Shown here in pieces: positions 46,364 through 54,571 of a DNA stretch of 64,000 bases. Both the position numbers and the translations under genes were made by a program. Below the pieces are notes generated by a model that was not told the DNA's origin, searched no databases, and was given only the letters and a program-made list of their open reading frames with translations. Each line of letters starts with the position of its first letter. Positions within the stretch are counted from its first letter, which is position 1. Source of the stretch: a virus; the IMG/VR virus record IMGVR_UViG_3300044824_000082, positions 4,652 through 68,651 of that record; one strand, written 5' to 3'.

Positions 46364-46626
46364 TGGTGCCTTGTACGGACTGTCCGTGTCACGATGGGAC
46401 AGAGTTTACGGCGTGTTTCTGTCCGTGTTGTTGTGCGGTTGAGCCAGTGGCGGGGGTGACAGGGTAAATGCCGTGGGCAACTCCCGAACAAATTGACAGT
46501 GCCGTTAAGCGGGTGGAGGCACTTGAAGCAAGAGTGGCCGAGGTTGAGAGTGACGTGCGGAGAATGGCAGATGTGTGTCGGAAGATAGTCGAAACCTTTA
46601 AGAAGGCTAAGGGCAATCAGTAAGCA

Positions 46627-47307
46627 ATGACATCGTATTTCCAAGGTGGTATCAGCTACACGCAGTCGGCCGAGGTTCTGGGCTACCTCAAGATTGTGAA
46701 CGCCCAGACGACAGACATCAACCTGCTCGACAATACGCTAATCCCGATGGTGTGTAACGAAATTGACGTGCTGGCGGGGACGTCGTGGGGGAGTGTTAAC
46801 GTTACGGATTCACTGTCGATTGGGCGGTACACGTTGTACGGAATGTACGTAGTTGGAGCGCCGGTGTACATGAAGTATTACCCGATTATCCCGTACATCC
46901 CGGGCCAGCAAACGATGCAGTCCTTCAAGGTGTGGAACGGGAACGTCTATCAGGAGTGGGCGGGGGTGATGATGGAGTCGCGGTTCGGGCAGTACTGGGT
47001 GGACCCGATGGACGCGATTGTGTTTGTCATGGGTTGGTACTGGTATTTGGGACTTGAAATCCAGACGACTTACAGTTACGGTTACAATACGTCCGGGACG
47101 GTTTACTTGGACGGGCAAGTGCACCGGCTGGCGATGCTCAAGTCGGCACAAATGTTTCTGTCGAGCGAGCGTTACACAGCGTTGGTGACGGAAGGGATTG
47201 GCGGAATCGAGATGAAGATGCAGTGGGACTATTTGAATACGGAGATTCGGCGGCTCGAAGACGCCGTCAAGGGATGGAGCCCGATTAACACTGGCCTCAT
47301 CGCGTAA
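46627..47307 (+). CDS. putative head-tail adaptor/connector
   Basis: YTQSAEV..NEIDVLAGTSW..TTYSYGY..VHRLAM pattern; first gene of the tail block. Confidence 0.6.
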   Translation: MTSYFQGGISYTQSAEVLGYLKIVNAQTTDINLLDNTLIPMVCNEIDVLAGTSWGSVNVTDSLSIGRYTLYGMYVVGAPVYMKYYPIIPYIPGQQTMQSFKVWNGNVYQEWAGVMMESRFGQYWVDPMDAIVFVMGWYWYLGLEIQTTYSYGYNTSGTVYLDGQVHRLAMLKSAQMFLSSERYTALVTEGIGGIEMKMQWDYLNTEIRRLEDAVKGWSPINTGLIA

Positions 47308-47308
47308 G

Positions 47309-47704
47309 ATGGCAGACTATCCCGGCTGGCTCAGTGGTGAGAAAGCCAAACTGGAAGCGGAGGTTCGGCGCCGGCAGTTGGGGCGGGTAGCCGAGCACTT
47401 GCGGCGCGAGATTCAGAGAATGGACCTTGACGACACGGGACGGTTGATGCGTTCGATTCGAGTGGACGAGAGAGCGGGTACGGTGACGATGGACGCTCCG
47501 TATTCAAAGTTCGTGAACGATGGAAGACGGCCGGGAAGGGCGCCCCCTTACGAGCAAATCCACAGGTGGGTAGGGCACAAGTTGGGCATTACGCAGCCGA
47601 AAAGGTCACGGAACGTGACGTGGGCCATCATGATGAAGATTAAGAAGAAGGGAATCCCCGGGACGTGGATTCTTGAGAGGGCGTGGAAGCGGGCACTCCG
47701 ATGA
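47309..47704 (+). CDS. HK97 gp10-like neck/tail completion protein
   Basis: DTGRLMRSI..APYSKFVNDGRRPG..PP..WV..K..KKGIPG. Confidence 0.75.
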   Translation: MADYPGWLSGEKAKLEAEVRRRQLGRVAEHLRREIQRMDLDDTGRLMRSIRVDERAGTVTMDAPYSKFVNDGRRPGRAPPYEQIHRWVGHKLGITQPKRSRNVTWAIMMKIKKKGIPGTWILERAWKRALR

Positions 47705-47711
47705 TAGCCAA

Positions 47712-47726
47712 GAAAGGTTTAAGTAG
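47712..47726 (+). promoter_or_regulatory. BRE+TATA promoter of the tail tube gene
   Basis: GAAAGGTTTAAGTAG; ATG at 47748. Confidence 0.75.
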
Positions 47727-47747
47727 TCCGAAGACGATGGAGAGGCA

Positions 47748-48668
47748 ATGACAGTCACGGCAATCTATTCGAGTGCGGGTTTCACTTGGGACTTGGCTAC
47801 GGAGACGAGCTTTGCGTCGGGTACGGTAGGGGCGTGGCCGGGAGATTTGGGAGTGCTGGGACTGGGTGCAAACTTTACCAGCTACGAACTGGACAACGCT
47901 TGGCTGGAAGCTTATTCGCTCGGGTTGCGCCAGCCGCAGGCGTATTACACGCAGGGACTTTCGGCACAGACGAACCTCGAATTCTTGCTTTGCAACGATG
48001 GGTGGAACTTTTGGAACCTCGTCCTGCCGAATCTGGGTAGTACAACCGCTGCGACTTACGCGGTGAGCACGGTGCTGGGGAGCACAGTTAACCCCGTGAC
48101 AGCGCAGATTAGTCTCGGGACGCCGCAGGGGCAAAAGTTTGTTTTGGGCGGCATCATCTTTACGCAAGCCAAAGTCACGGTTCCGAACGCAGATGCGATT
48201 AAGGTAACGTTGTCGGGGCTGGGCACCACGTTTTCCAGCACGACGGGTTCGGTTGCCCCGGGGACGATTCCGACTCAGTTGTTGACTTGGAAAGACGTGA
48301 CAATCCAAGCGGGCACAGGCGTTGGTTCGATTGCGGCATCGTTCGTTCAGAACTTGGACTTTACAGTTACCACGGGCGCGAAGCAGTACTATGTGATTGG
48401 CTCGCCGTACTACCAGGCGTGGTTGCCGTTGGAACAGTACGTCGAAGTTAACGTTACGGCGTTCCATCAGGACGCGAATATGGAGTACTTGTTCGATTAC
48501 TTGGCGGCCACGCAGAACGTAGGCGGGACGGTTGTGGTGAATATCGGGACGCACACTGCAACGTTTGCTGGCTGTTATGTGAAGAAGGGAGTCATGTCCG
48601 GGCTTAACGGCGCAAAGGAAGTCATGGACGCGTTGACCTTCCGGGCGCTCAATCTAACCATCGTTTAA
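47748..48668 (+). CDS. major tail tube protein (putative)
   Basis: ETSFAS, YSLGLRQP, YYVIGS motifs; size; precedes chaperone and tape measure genes. Confidence 0.7.
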   Translation: MTVTAIYSSAGFTWDLATETSFASGTVGAWPGDLGVLGLGANFTSYELDNAWLEAYSLGLRQPQAYYTQGLSAQTNLEFLLCNDGWNFWNLVLPNLGSTTAATYAVSTVLGSTVNPVTAQISLGTPQGQKFVLGGIIFTQAKVTVPNADAIKVTLSGLGTTFSSTTGSVAPGTIPTQLLTWKDVTIQAGTGVGSIAASFVQNLDFTVTTGAKQYYVIGSPYYQAWLPLEQYVEVNVTAFHQDANMEYLFDYLAATQNVGGTVVVNIGTHTATFAGCYVKKGVMSGLNGAKEVMDALTFRALNLTIV

Positions 48669-48806
48669 GCATCAGAACCCATGTATCAGCATGTCGGAAA
48701 CGGCCTTAGAACTGTTCCACGCATTACACTCCATATCCCGACACCCTGTCCCAAACGCAAACGGTAAATAGGGGCGGGGTATCGGGGGTAGAGGAAGGAA
48801 GCAAGT

Positions 48807-49109
48807 ATGGCAGAACAGGAAGTAGAGTATGAGATAGACGGAAAGATGGTGAAGTTTCACCTTCGGCGAGTGAAGTTCGGTGAGTGGCAAAAGGTGATGC
48901 AGAACACGGGCAGTGGAAACGTGGAAATGCTCGGGAACATCACGAAGGGCAAGATTGACACCACGCGCCTCATGGACGACTTGATGAAGCTGTCCGTGAC
49001 GGGGGACAGGGATTTCCATGACTTGTCTATCGGAGACGGAATGGACTTGCAGAACAAGGTTCTCGACTTGAATGGTATGGGTGAGAAGAAGTCCTTTCGA
49101 GTTGAATGA
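48807..49109 (+). CDS. tail assembly chaperone (gpG-like)
   Basis: between tube and tape measure genes; ends in TCC TTT CGA. Confidence 0.7.
   Translation: MAEQEVEYEIDGKMVKFHLRRVKFGEWQKVMQNTGSGNVEMLGNITKGKIDTTRLMDDLMKLSVTGDRDFHDLSIGDGMDLQNKVLDLNGMGEKKSFRVE
49092..49100 (+). other. putative +1 ribosomal frameshift site TCC_TTT_CGA
   Basis: in frame at the end of the chaperone ORF; +1 slip (TTT to TTC) joins the downstream ORF. Confidence 0.7.
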
Positions 49110-49284
49110 AATAGACAAACGCATCTTCGAAGCCGATTTCGTCTTCGCCCGCAACTTTAATATATCACGGGCGGACTTGTTAGATATGTCTTACGTAGAG
49201 GCGATGTACTGGTTGGAGTTGCTGAAGCGTGAGAACCTAGAAACCAATGCGAGGATGGAAGCGGCCAGCAGGACAAGAGTTTAA
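49096..49284 (+). CDS. +1 frame extension of the tail chaperone (gpGT-like)
   Basis: overlapping +1 frame FELNEIDKRIFEADF..LLDMSYVEAMYWLELL, typical of gpT segments. Confidence 0.65.
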   Translation, partial: FELNEIDKRIFEADFVFARNFNISRADLLDMSYVEAMYWLELLKRENLETNARMEAASRTRV

Positions 49285-49318
49285 CGCACGAACCGCATTT
49301 AGCGGGTGGGGAGAGTAA

Positions 49319-50542
49319 ATGCCCGACGATACCGACGAGTTCAAAGTCAAAGTCAGTGTTGAAGGGCTGGATAAGATAGGGGAGCAGATTGCCGCCCAAG
49401 TGCAAAAGGCAATCGCTATGATTCGGACGCCCGGCATGCAAGTCACGGGCTTGGTTGGCGGAGCCGAAGGAAAGGGGAAAGACGAGGCGCTGACGAGGCT
49501 CGGTGCGGTTGTCAGTCATTTAACGACGGTGGTAGGCGGTTTGGCAAACGCAAGCTTGTCCGGGGCCGTCCAAGGGCTTGCCGGTGGCGAGGGCATCATG
49601 CGCGAAGGTGGGCCAATGATGGGTGTCTTGGGATTGATTGCGGGGATACTGGAAGGGCTGGCTCCGATTAAGGCCATCATGTCGGTGATTCAGGCAATTC
49701 TATCGTTGATATTCATGCCGTTGGCGATGGTGCTAATGGCGATTCTCATGCCATTTTTGATGCCGATTCTGATGTTGTTGGGGAAGCTACCGTGGGCCGC
49801 AATCTTCGCAGCGATTATGCTCATTGAGAAAGGCATAACGTGGGGACTGAATGAGATTGCGGCGGGCATCACTTGGTTTGTGGGTTGGCTGCCCGGAGCC
49901 ATTGGCGCGGTTATTTCGTTCTTTCAAGGGGTGGCGGGCGATGTGATGGGAATACTCAGTACCATTTGGGGCGATTTACAAGTGGCGGCGGGTGCCATTG
50001 TCTCGGCATGGAACTGGCTTACGGGCGTAGCGGGGGCCGTGTTCAACGACATTCGTACCGCGATAATGGGAGTCTGGGATTTCATGGGCCAGATTTACAC
50101 TGTTTGGAGTGGCATATTTGCGGACGTGTTCAATGACATTCGTGCGGCATTATTGGGCGCGTGGGGGGTGTTGACAACGCTTTGGAACTGGTTCGATACA
50201 GTGATTGGGGACATTTGGAAAGGGATTGGAGACGGCATCAATATGATTCGAACGATTCTGAACGACATCGCCGGCGCGCTCAAAGCGGTTGGAAATGCGG
50301 TAAATCCCTCGAACTGGGGTAGTGAACTCGCCGGAATGTTCCAGACAGGGGGCATCGTGCCCAAGACGGGGTTGGCGTTGGTGCACGCGGGAGAAATGAT
50401 TATCCCGTCAGGAGGCGGGGCGCCTTCGATTAATGTGACGGTGACGGGGAACACAATAAGTTCTGCGATGGACTTGAACAATATCGCAAATCAGGTGGCG
50501 CAGCAGATTGCGAACAACGCCCGAAGGTTGAGAACATGGTAG
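49319..50542 (+). CDS. tape measure protein (short, 407 aa)
   Basis: aromatic-periodic helical repeats; FQTGGIVPKTGLALVHAGEMIIP; INVTVTGN. Confidence 0.85.
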   Translation: MPDDTDEFKVKVSVEGLDKIGEQIAAQVQKAIAMIRTPGMQVTGLVGGAEGKGKDEALTRLGAVVSHLTTVVGGLANASLSGAVQGLAGGEGIMREGGPMMGVLGLIAGILEGLAPIKAIMSVIQAILSLIFMPLAMVLMAILMPFLMPILMLLGKLPWAAIFAAIMLIEKGITWGLNEIAAGITWFVGWLPGAIGAVISFFQGVAGDVMGILSTIWGDLQVAAGAIVSAWNWLTGVAGAVFNDIRTAIMGVWDFMGQIYTVWSGIFADVFNDIRAALLGAWGVLTTLWNWFDTVIGDIWKGIGDGINMIRTILNDIAGALKAVGNAVNPSNWGSELAGMFQTGGIVPKTGLALVHAGEMIIPSGGGAPSINVTVTGNTISSAMDLNNIANQVAQQIANNARRLRTW

Positions 50543-50554
50543 GAGGAAGGTAGT

Positions 50555-50992
50555 ATGTATCTGGTTGATTTGTCGAACAACAGTACGATTTACGTTTTCC
50601 CGTTGACAGCATCGCTGGCGTACAATATCACGGTTTCAATGACGCCGATGCCGATACCATTGCAGAACTTTCCTTTGCTTTTGAATTTTGGCGGCGCATC
50701 GCCGACGATTACGATTGATTGGGTGATTACAGGTGGACCCGGCGGAGCGCCGAATAACTATCAGAACAATTACACAGGAACGGCGCAAGGCGATTACATT
50801 CAGCTTACGCAGAACATTGGTTGGGGTTCGAGTACGTCGGGGTATGAATTGTGGCTGCCCGAAGTGAGTACGAATCCTATGTCACCGTTAGGGGTTAACT
50901 GTTTCCTCACGCAGCTTTCGGTAACGTACCCGGCGGGGCAAGTCAATGCGTACACTTGCTCGGCAACCTTTGCGCTCGGAACGGTTGTCTGA
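50555..50992 (+). CDS. putative distal tail protein
   Basis: directly after the tape measure gene; PIP..LNFGGASPTITIDW. Confidence 0.55.
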   Translation: MYLVDLSNNSTIYVFPLTASLAYNITVSMTPMPIPLQNFPLLLNFGGASPTITIDWVITGGPGGAPNNYQNNYTGTAQGDYIQLTQNIGWGSSTSGYELWLPEVSTNPMSPLGVNCFLTQLSVTYPAGQVNAYTCSATFALGTVV

Positions 50993-51041
50993 GGGCGAGG
51001 AAAAAGCTATTTAAAGGCGTGAATCCTATGGGGTATCGGAC

Positions 51042-51386
51042 ATGAGCGAAAAAGAGCAACAGTGGTGCTTCGTCTATGCGAACAGGTTGAAAACCGAACG
51101 TGACGCCTTTGAGAAAATCACGCGGGGTTACGGTAGTGTCAGGCGGGAGTACATCGTGAACTCCCCGTCAGTGCGTGTGGAAGACATTACAGACGAGAAC
51201 GTACGACAGCGGTTGGAAGCGATTGAGAAGTCGTTGAAGCCGGAAGAAAGCATCAAGGTGGTGCTGGCGGGTTTCTCTCCGTTAGTGGCGTTGTTGTACG
51301 ACGTGGCAAAGGACATGGGGCATACCGCAGTCTATTTCTTTAAGGACGATAGGACGCAGGACTACGTTGAGATTGTCGCGTTCTGA
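51042..51386 (+). CDS. hypothetical protein
   Basis: TATTTAAA box; ORF track. Confidence 0.6.
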   Translation: MSEKEQQWCFVYANRLKTERDAFEKITRGYGSVRREYIVNSPSVRVEDITDENVRQRLEAIEKSLKPEESIKVVLAGFSPLVALLYDVAKDMGHTAVYFFKDDRTQDYVEIVAF

Positions 51387-51391
51387 AAAAG

Positions 51392-51751
51392 ATGAGGAAA
51401 AGCGAAACGGCCATTTCAAAGCATAGAAAGTATATCTTGAGACGTTACTACGAAGGTTGGGATAGGCTTGCGTTCGCATTTGGTGGAGAATGCCAAAGTG
51501 GAGTTTCTGGATGCGGCAACACCGGCGATTTACGAATGTTGAAATGGTGTCACATCAAACCGACTCCGATTTTGTTACGTCGGTACGGTGACGGCCAACG
51601 TCCAGCAGCAAGCAACACGCTTAAAGACGTAGAAGAGAATCCAGATTGCTATATGCTTCTCTGTGCAAACTGTGATATTTTGGTGTCGGGCGGGCACAAT
51701 GGACGGCCGTGGCTAACCCGACTAAAGACCTTTATACCCCTGAATACTTGA
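51392..51751 (+). CDS. HNH-like endonuclease
   Basis: FGGECQ..GC..CHIKPT..YMLLCANCD. Confidence 0.65.
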   Translation: MRKSETAISKHRKYILRRYYEGWDRLAFAFGGECQSGVSGCGNTGDLRMLKWCHIKPTPILLRRYGDGQRPAASNTLKDVEENPDCYMLLCANCDILVSGGHNGRPWLTRLKTFIPLNT

Positions 51752-51764
51752 TAGGTCAAGAGAC

Positions 51765-52106
51765 ATGACGGCGAAACAAGTGAGCTTCGCGGACATCGCG
51801 GGGCCAAAAGAAGAGGGCGGCGAAGGCGGCAGCATCAAGGAACGAACGATAACGGTGGACGAGGTTTTGAACCAGCCGCTCACCGTTACGAAGGTAGAGG
51901 TGGTGGCGGGGTATCAGAACGAAGACCTGTTGCTCATCTACACAAAAGAGAACCCGAAGCCGATTCGGAGTGGGAGCAAGGTGTTGCTCAAGCAGGCAGG
52001 GGACAAGATTAAGAAGCACACCGATGCGGGCGTAGAAGTCAAGACAGGTATCAAGCGCGAGCGGTCTCAGAAGGACAAGAGTAAGTCGTACTACACGTTC
52101 GTCTAA
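51765..52106 (+). CDS. hypothetical protein, possibly an OB-fold ssDNA-binding protein
   Basis: first gene of the replication block; RSGSKVLLKQ..KSYYTF. Confidence 0.5.
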   Translation: MTAKQVSFADIAGPKEEGGEGGSIKERTITVDEVLNQPLTVTKVEVVAGYQNEDLLLIYTKENPKPIRSGSKVLLKQAGDKIKKHTDAGVEVKTGIKRERSQKDKSKSYYTFV

Positions 52107-52115
52107 GGTGGACGT

Positions 52116-52271
52116 GTGCGTTCGTACCTTGTAGAAGGAAAAACGGGCACTCACGTCGTCTTGGATGATGGGGAGACGATGGTATGTTCGTGCGCGGGGT
52201 TTCAGCATCGGCATCATTGCTCGCACATCGATGGTATTCAAGCGAAGCGCGAGACGCGGAAAAAGCGATGA
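52116..52271 (+). CDS. SWIM zinc-finger protein (51 aa; not in ORF track)
   Basis: MRSYLVEGKTGTHVV..MVCSCAGFQHRHHCSHI (CxC..CxH); AGGTGG SD. Confidence 0.7.
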   Translation: MRSYLVEGKTGTHVVLDDGETMVCSCAGFQHRHHCSHIDGIQAKRETRKKR

Positions 52272-52591
52272 AGTGCCGCAACTGTAAGAAGGAAATGACG
52301 TTTGTGCAGAACATAGAGAAGCTCACCGAGATATTGCTACCCACGCCCGAAGAGCGCGCGGCGGCAATGGAACGTCAGGTAATCTTGTGCGAGCATTGTG
52401 AGCAGCCGTATGGGTACACCAAGAAAAGGAAGAAGCTGGCGTTGGTGGCGCTGACGCCCAAGTGGCTGTCCAAGCAACCCGAGCCGATTCAGAAGAGTAT
52501 GGCGCAGGCGATTTCGGAAGCGAAGAAGGGATTGGAGTTAGTTCGATTGAACGAATACTGGACGAAAAGGATGGAGTCGATTAAAGTATGA
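52268..52591 (+). CDS. Zn-ribbon protein
   Basis: ATGA overlap; CRNC and CEHC. Confidence 0.6.
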   Translation: MKCRNCKKEMTFVQNIEKLTEILLPTPEERAAAMERQVILCEHCEQPYGYTKKRKKLALVALTPKWLSKQPEPIQKSMAQAISEAKKGLELVRLNEYWTKRMESIKV

Positions 52592-53454
52592 AGACGGAAT
52601 TGTTGGCGGGAACGTTCGGAGAGTTCCAGCCGCAGAACGTGTATGCGTTGTACGGGGTGCCGAACGTGGGCAAGACACTGATGGTAATGACAGAGGTGGC
52701 TTCGCTGGCGTCGCAGGGTATCCGAACGCTTTGGATAGACACGGAAGGCGGGTTGAACTTTGACGGCGGGGCGGGTATCTGGGGCGCGTGGAAAGAGAAG
52801 TTGGAGAAACGATTCGGGCTCAAGGACTTGAACGAGTTCGTGGAATACAAGCGCGTTACTGGCTACGAAGAGTTGATGAAGTATCTCGGCCAAGTTGTCG
52901 AGATAGAGTTCGGCGAGGGCAAGATGGGGATTCTCCGTAAGGGAAAGACACGGCGCGGAGAGGAGACAGTGTACGATAGTTTCGGGCGCAAGCGAGGTAA
53001 TTGTGTCATCGTTCTGGATAGCTTGTCCAACGTCTTCCGGGTGGAGTTCGGGAGCACGTTACAGAACTTTCCCAGTCGTGGAGATGCCACCGGGCTTTTG
53101 ACTCACGCGATGAACCTTCTCATGGAGAAAGTAAACGCGCCGCTAATCACGACAAACCACGCCAGCCTCAACCCGAGTAACCCGTGGCAATTCGCGCAGA
53201 TGCGGGGTGGGAGTATGGTGGCCTATTGGAGCAAGAACGTGGCTTACTTGGAGAAGCCCAAGAAGCGGGCGTTGGACACGTACCGGAAGGTATGGGCGTT
53301 TAGGTCGCCGTTGTATAAGGAATTGGGGCACAATGAGTGGATGAGGATTGACAACGACAAAGCGTTCGTTAACAGTTCTGAAGAAGAGGTACAAGCGGCT
53401 ATTGAAGCGGCGGCGACTGCGAAGCGAGACAAAGAAGAAGCGGCAGAAGAATGA
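52588..53454 (+). CDS. RadB/RecA-family ATPase
   Basis: Walker A GVPNVGKT, WIDTEGG, Walker B IVLDSL, TNH, RGG. Confidence 0.85.
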   Translation: MKTELLAGTFGEFQPQNVYALYGVPNVGKTLMVMTEVASLASQGIRTLWIDTEGGLNFDGGAGIWGAWKEKLEKRFGLKDLNEFVEYKRVTGYEELMKYLGQVVEIEFGEGKMGILRKGKTRRGEETVYDSFGRKRGNCVIVLDSLSNVFRVEFGSTLQNFPSRGDATGLLTHAMNLLMEKVNAPLITTNHASLNPSNPWQFAQMRGGSMVAYWSKNVAYLEKPKKRALDTYRKVWAFRSPLYKELGHNEWMRIDNDKAFVNSSEEEVQAAIEAAATAKRDKEEAAEE

Positions 53455-54374
53455 TTAGCGAAGCGGAGTTTGGTATCTGGACACGCGGGCGGGTCCATGA
53501 CGTGCGCGAGTTCGGACTGAAGCGCAAGACGGCTCCGGGGTATGTGGGGTTGTCTCAGTTGTGGACTGGCGTGGACGAGTATGCGGCCATCTTTTCCCGC
53601 GAGCAAATCGAGAAGGGAGAGTTCGATACGATTTTCGTGGAAGTGGATGCCCACAAGCCCGGTGAGGACTGGAATACGAAGTTACAGCAAGTGCTGGCTC
53701 GAACGGAGGAACCTTCGCGGCGGTACGAGTCGGGACGTGGAGCGCACTTGTATTGGGACTTGGACGAACCGATAAAGGGAGTCGGACGTTACAAGCAGGT
53801 AGTCGCAGCGCTGGTGAGGAAGTGGGGTATCGGTGAGTTTATTGACATGCACGTAGTGGGAGACGTGCGGCGGGTGGCCCGGCTTCCCATGAGCAAGAAC
53901 AGTAAGGGCGGGGAGATGATTCGGATAAACTCGTTTATCAGCGGGCCGAGGAAGCTTTATCTGGTAATCGGGGAGGCAAAGGACGGCCCAGAACAGCATT
54001 TCGGGCCTGCTCCCGAGGCCAAACGGTTGTACAGCGAAGGCGAGTATCCGCCGTGCGTGCGGGCGGGTATCAAACAGATTCAGCAGACGGGGGAGCTTGA
54101 CCATGCCCAGCGGTTGCACACGTTCAGTTTCCTCGTGATGAACGATGAGACGCAGAAGGCATACGAGATTCTCAAGCGGTATGCGGGGGACTTTGACCCT
54201 GTCATCAGTGGGTATCAGTTGGGGAGGATGGCGGAGAAGGGGCATTTCCCTTATAAGTGTGCCAACGTGCCGAAAGACTTATGCCCATACACGAACCAGA
54301 AGGAGTGTATGTTCTGGCCGTGGGTTAACGTGCATCGGAACAGGCTTTTGGAGGCATCGAAACATGCTCGGTAA
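53451..54374 (+). CDS. archaeo-eukaryotic primase, catalytic domain fused to a PriL/PriX-like Cys-containing domain
   Basis: FVEVDAH, SGRGAHLY, ID..VVGDVRRVARLP; YPPCV..H..R..YKC..C..C. Confidence 0.85.
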   Translation: MISEAEFGIWTRGRVHDVREFGLKRKTAPGYVGLSQLWTGVDEYAAIFSREQIEKGEFDTIFVEVDAHKPGEDWNTKLQQVLARTEEPSRRYESGRGAHLYWDLDEPIKGVGRYKQVVAALVRKWGIGEFIDMHVVGDVRRVARLPMSKNSKGGEMIRINSFISGPRKLYLVIGEAKDGPEQHFGPAPEAKRLYSEGEYPPCVRAGIKQIQQTGELDHAQRLHTFSFLVMNDETQKAYEILKRYAGDFDPVISGYQLGRMAEKGHFPYKCANVPKDLCPYTNQKECMFWPWVNVHRNRLLEASKHAR

Positions 54375-54448
54375 ATGGGCCAGAAACGGCCGTAGAACCC
54401 TCCCGGGCTTACTAACCGCATCTGGCTCCAACGCCCGAATGGGATAGA

Positions 54449-54571
54449 TTGGGTGGGAAACACTTGTATCGTAAGTTGAAAAAGGAAGGGTATCCGAAAC
54501 TCCCATTGTTGACAGAATGTATGAACTGTAACGTGAAGCGAGATAATTGGGGACGCGGCTTTGACGTTTAA
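54449..54571 (+). pseudogene. C-terminal remnant of an HNH endonuclease
   Basis: LGGKHLYRKLKKEGYPKLPLLTECMNCNVKR resembles GQHFYYWLKQNGYPEGYQTLCMNHQFVKR of 1950; N-part missing. Confidence 0.6.

Noticed and set aside
48669-48760. C-rich, skew-reversed spacer after the tail tube gene (possible antisense mini-gene)
   Set aside because: Only a 20-codon minus-strand ORF with no supporting motif; insufficient evidence
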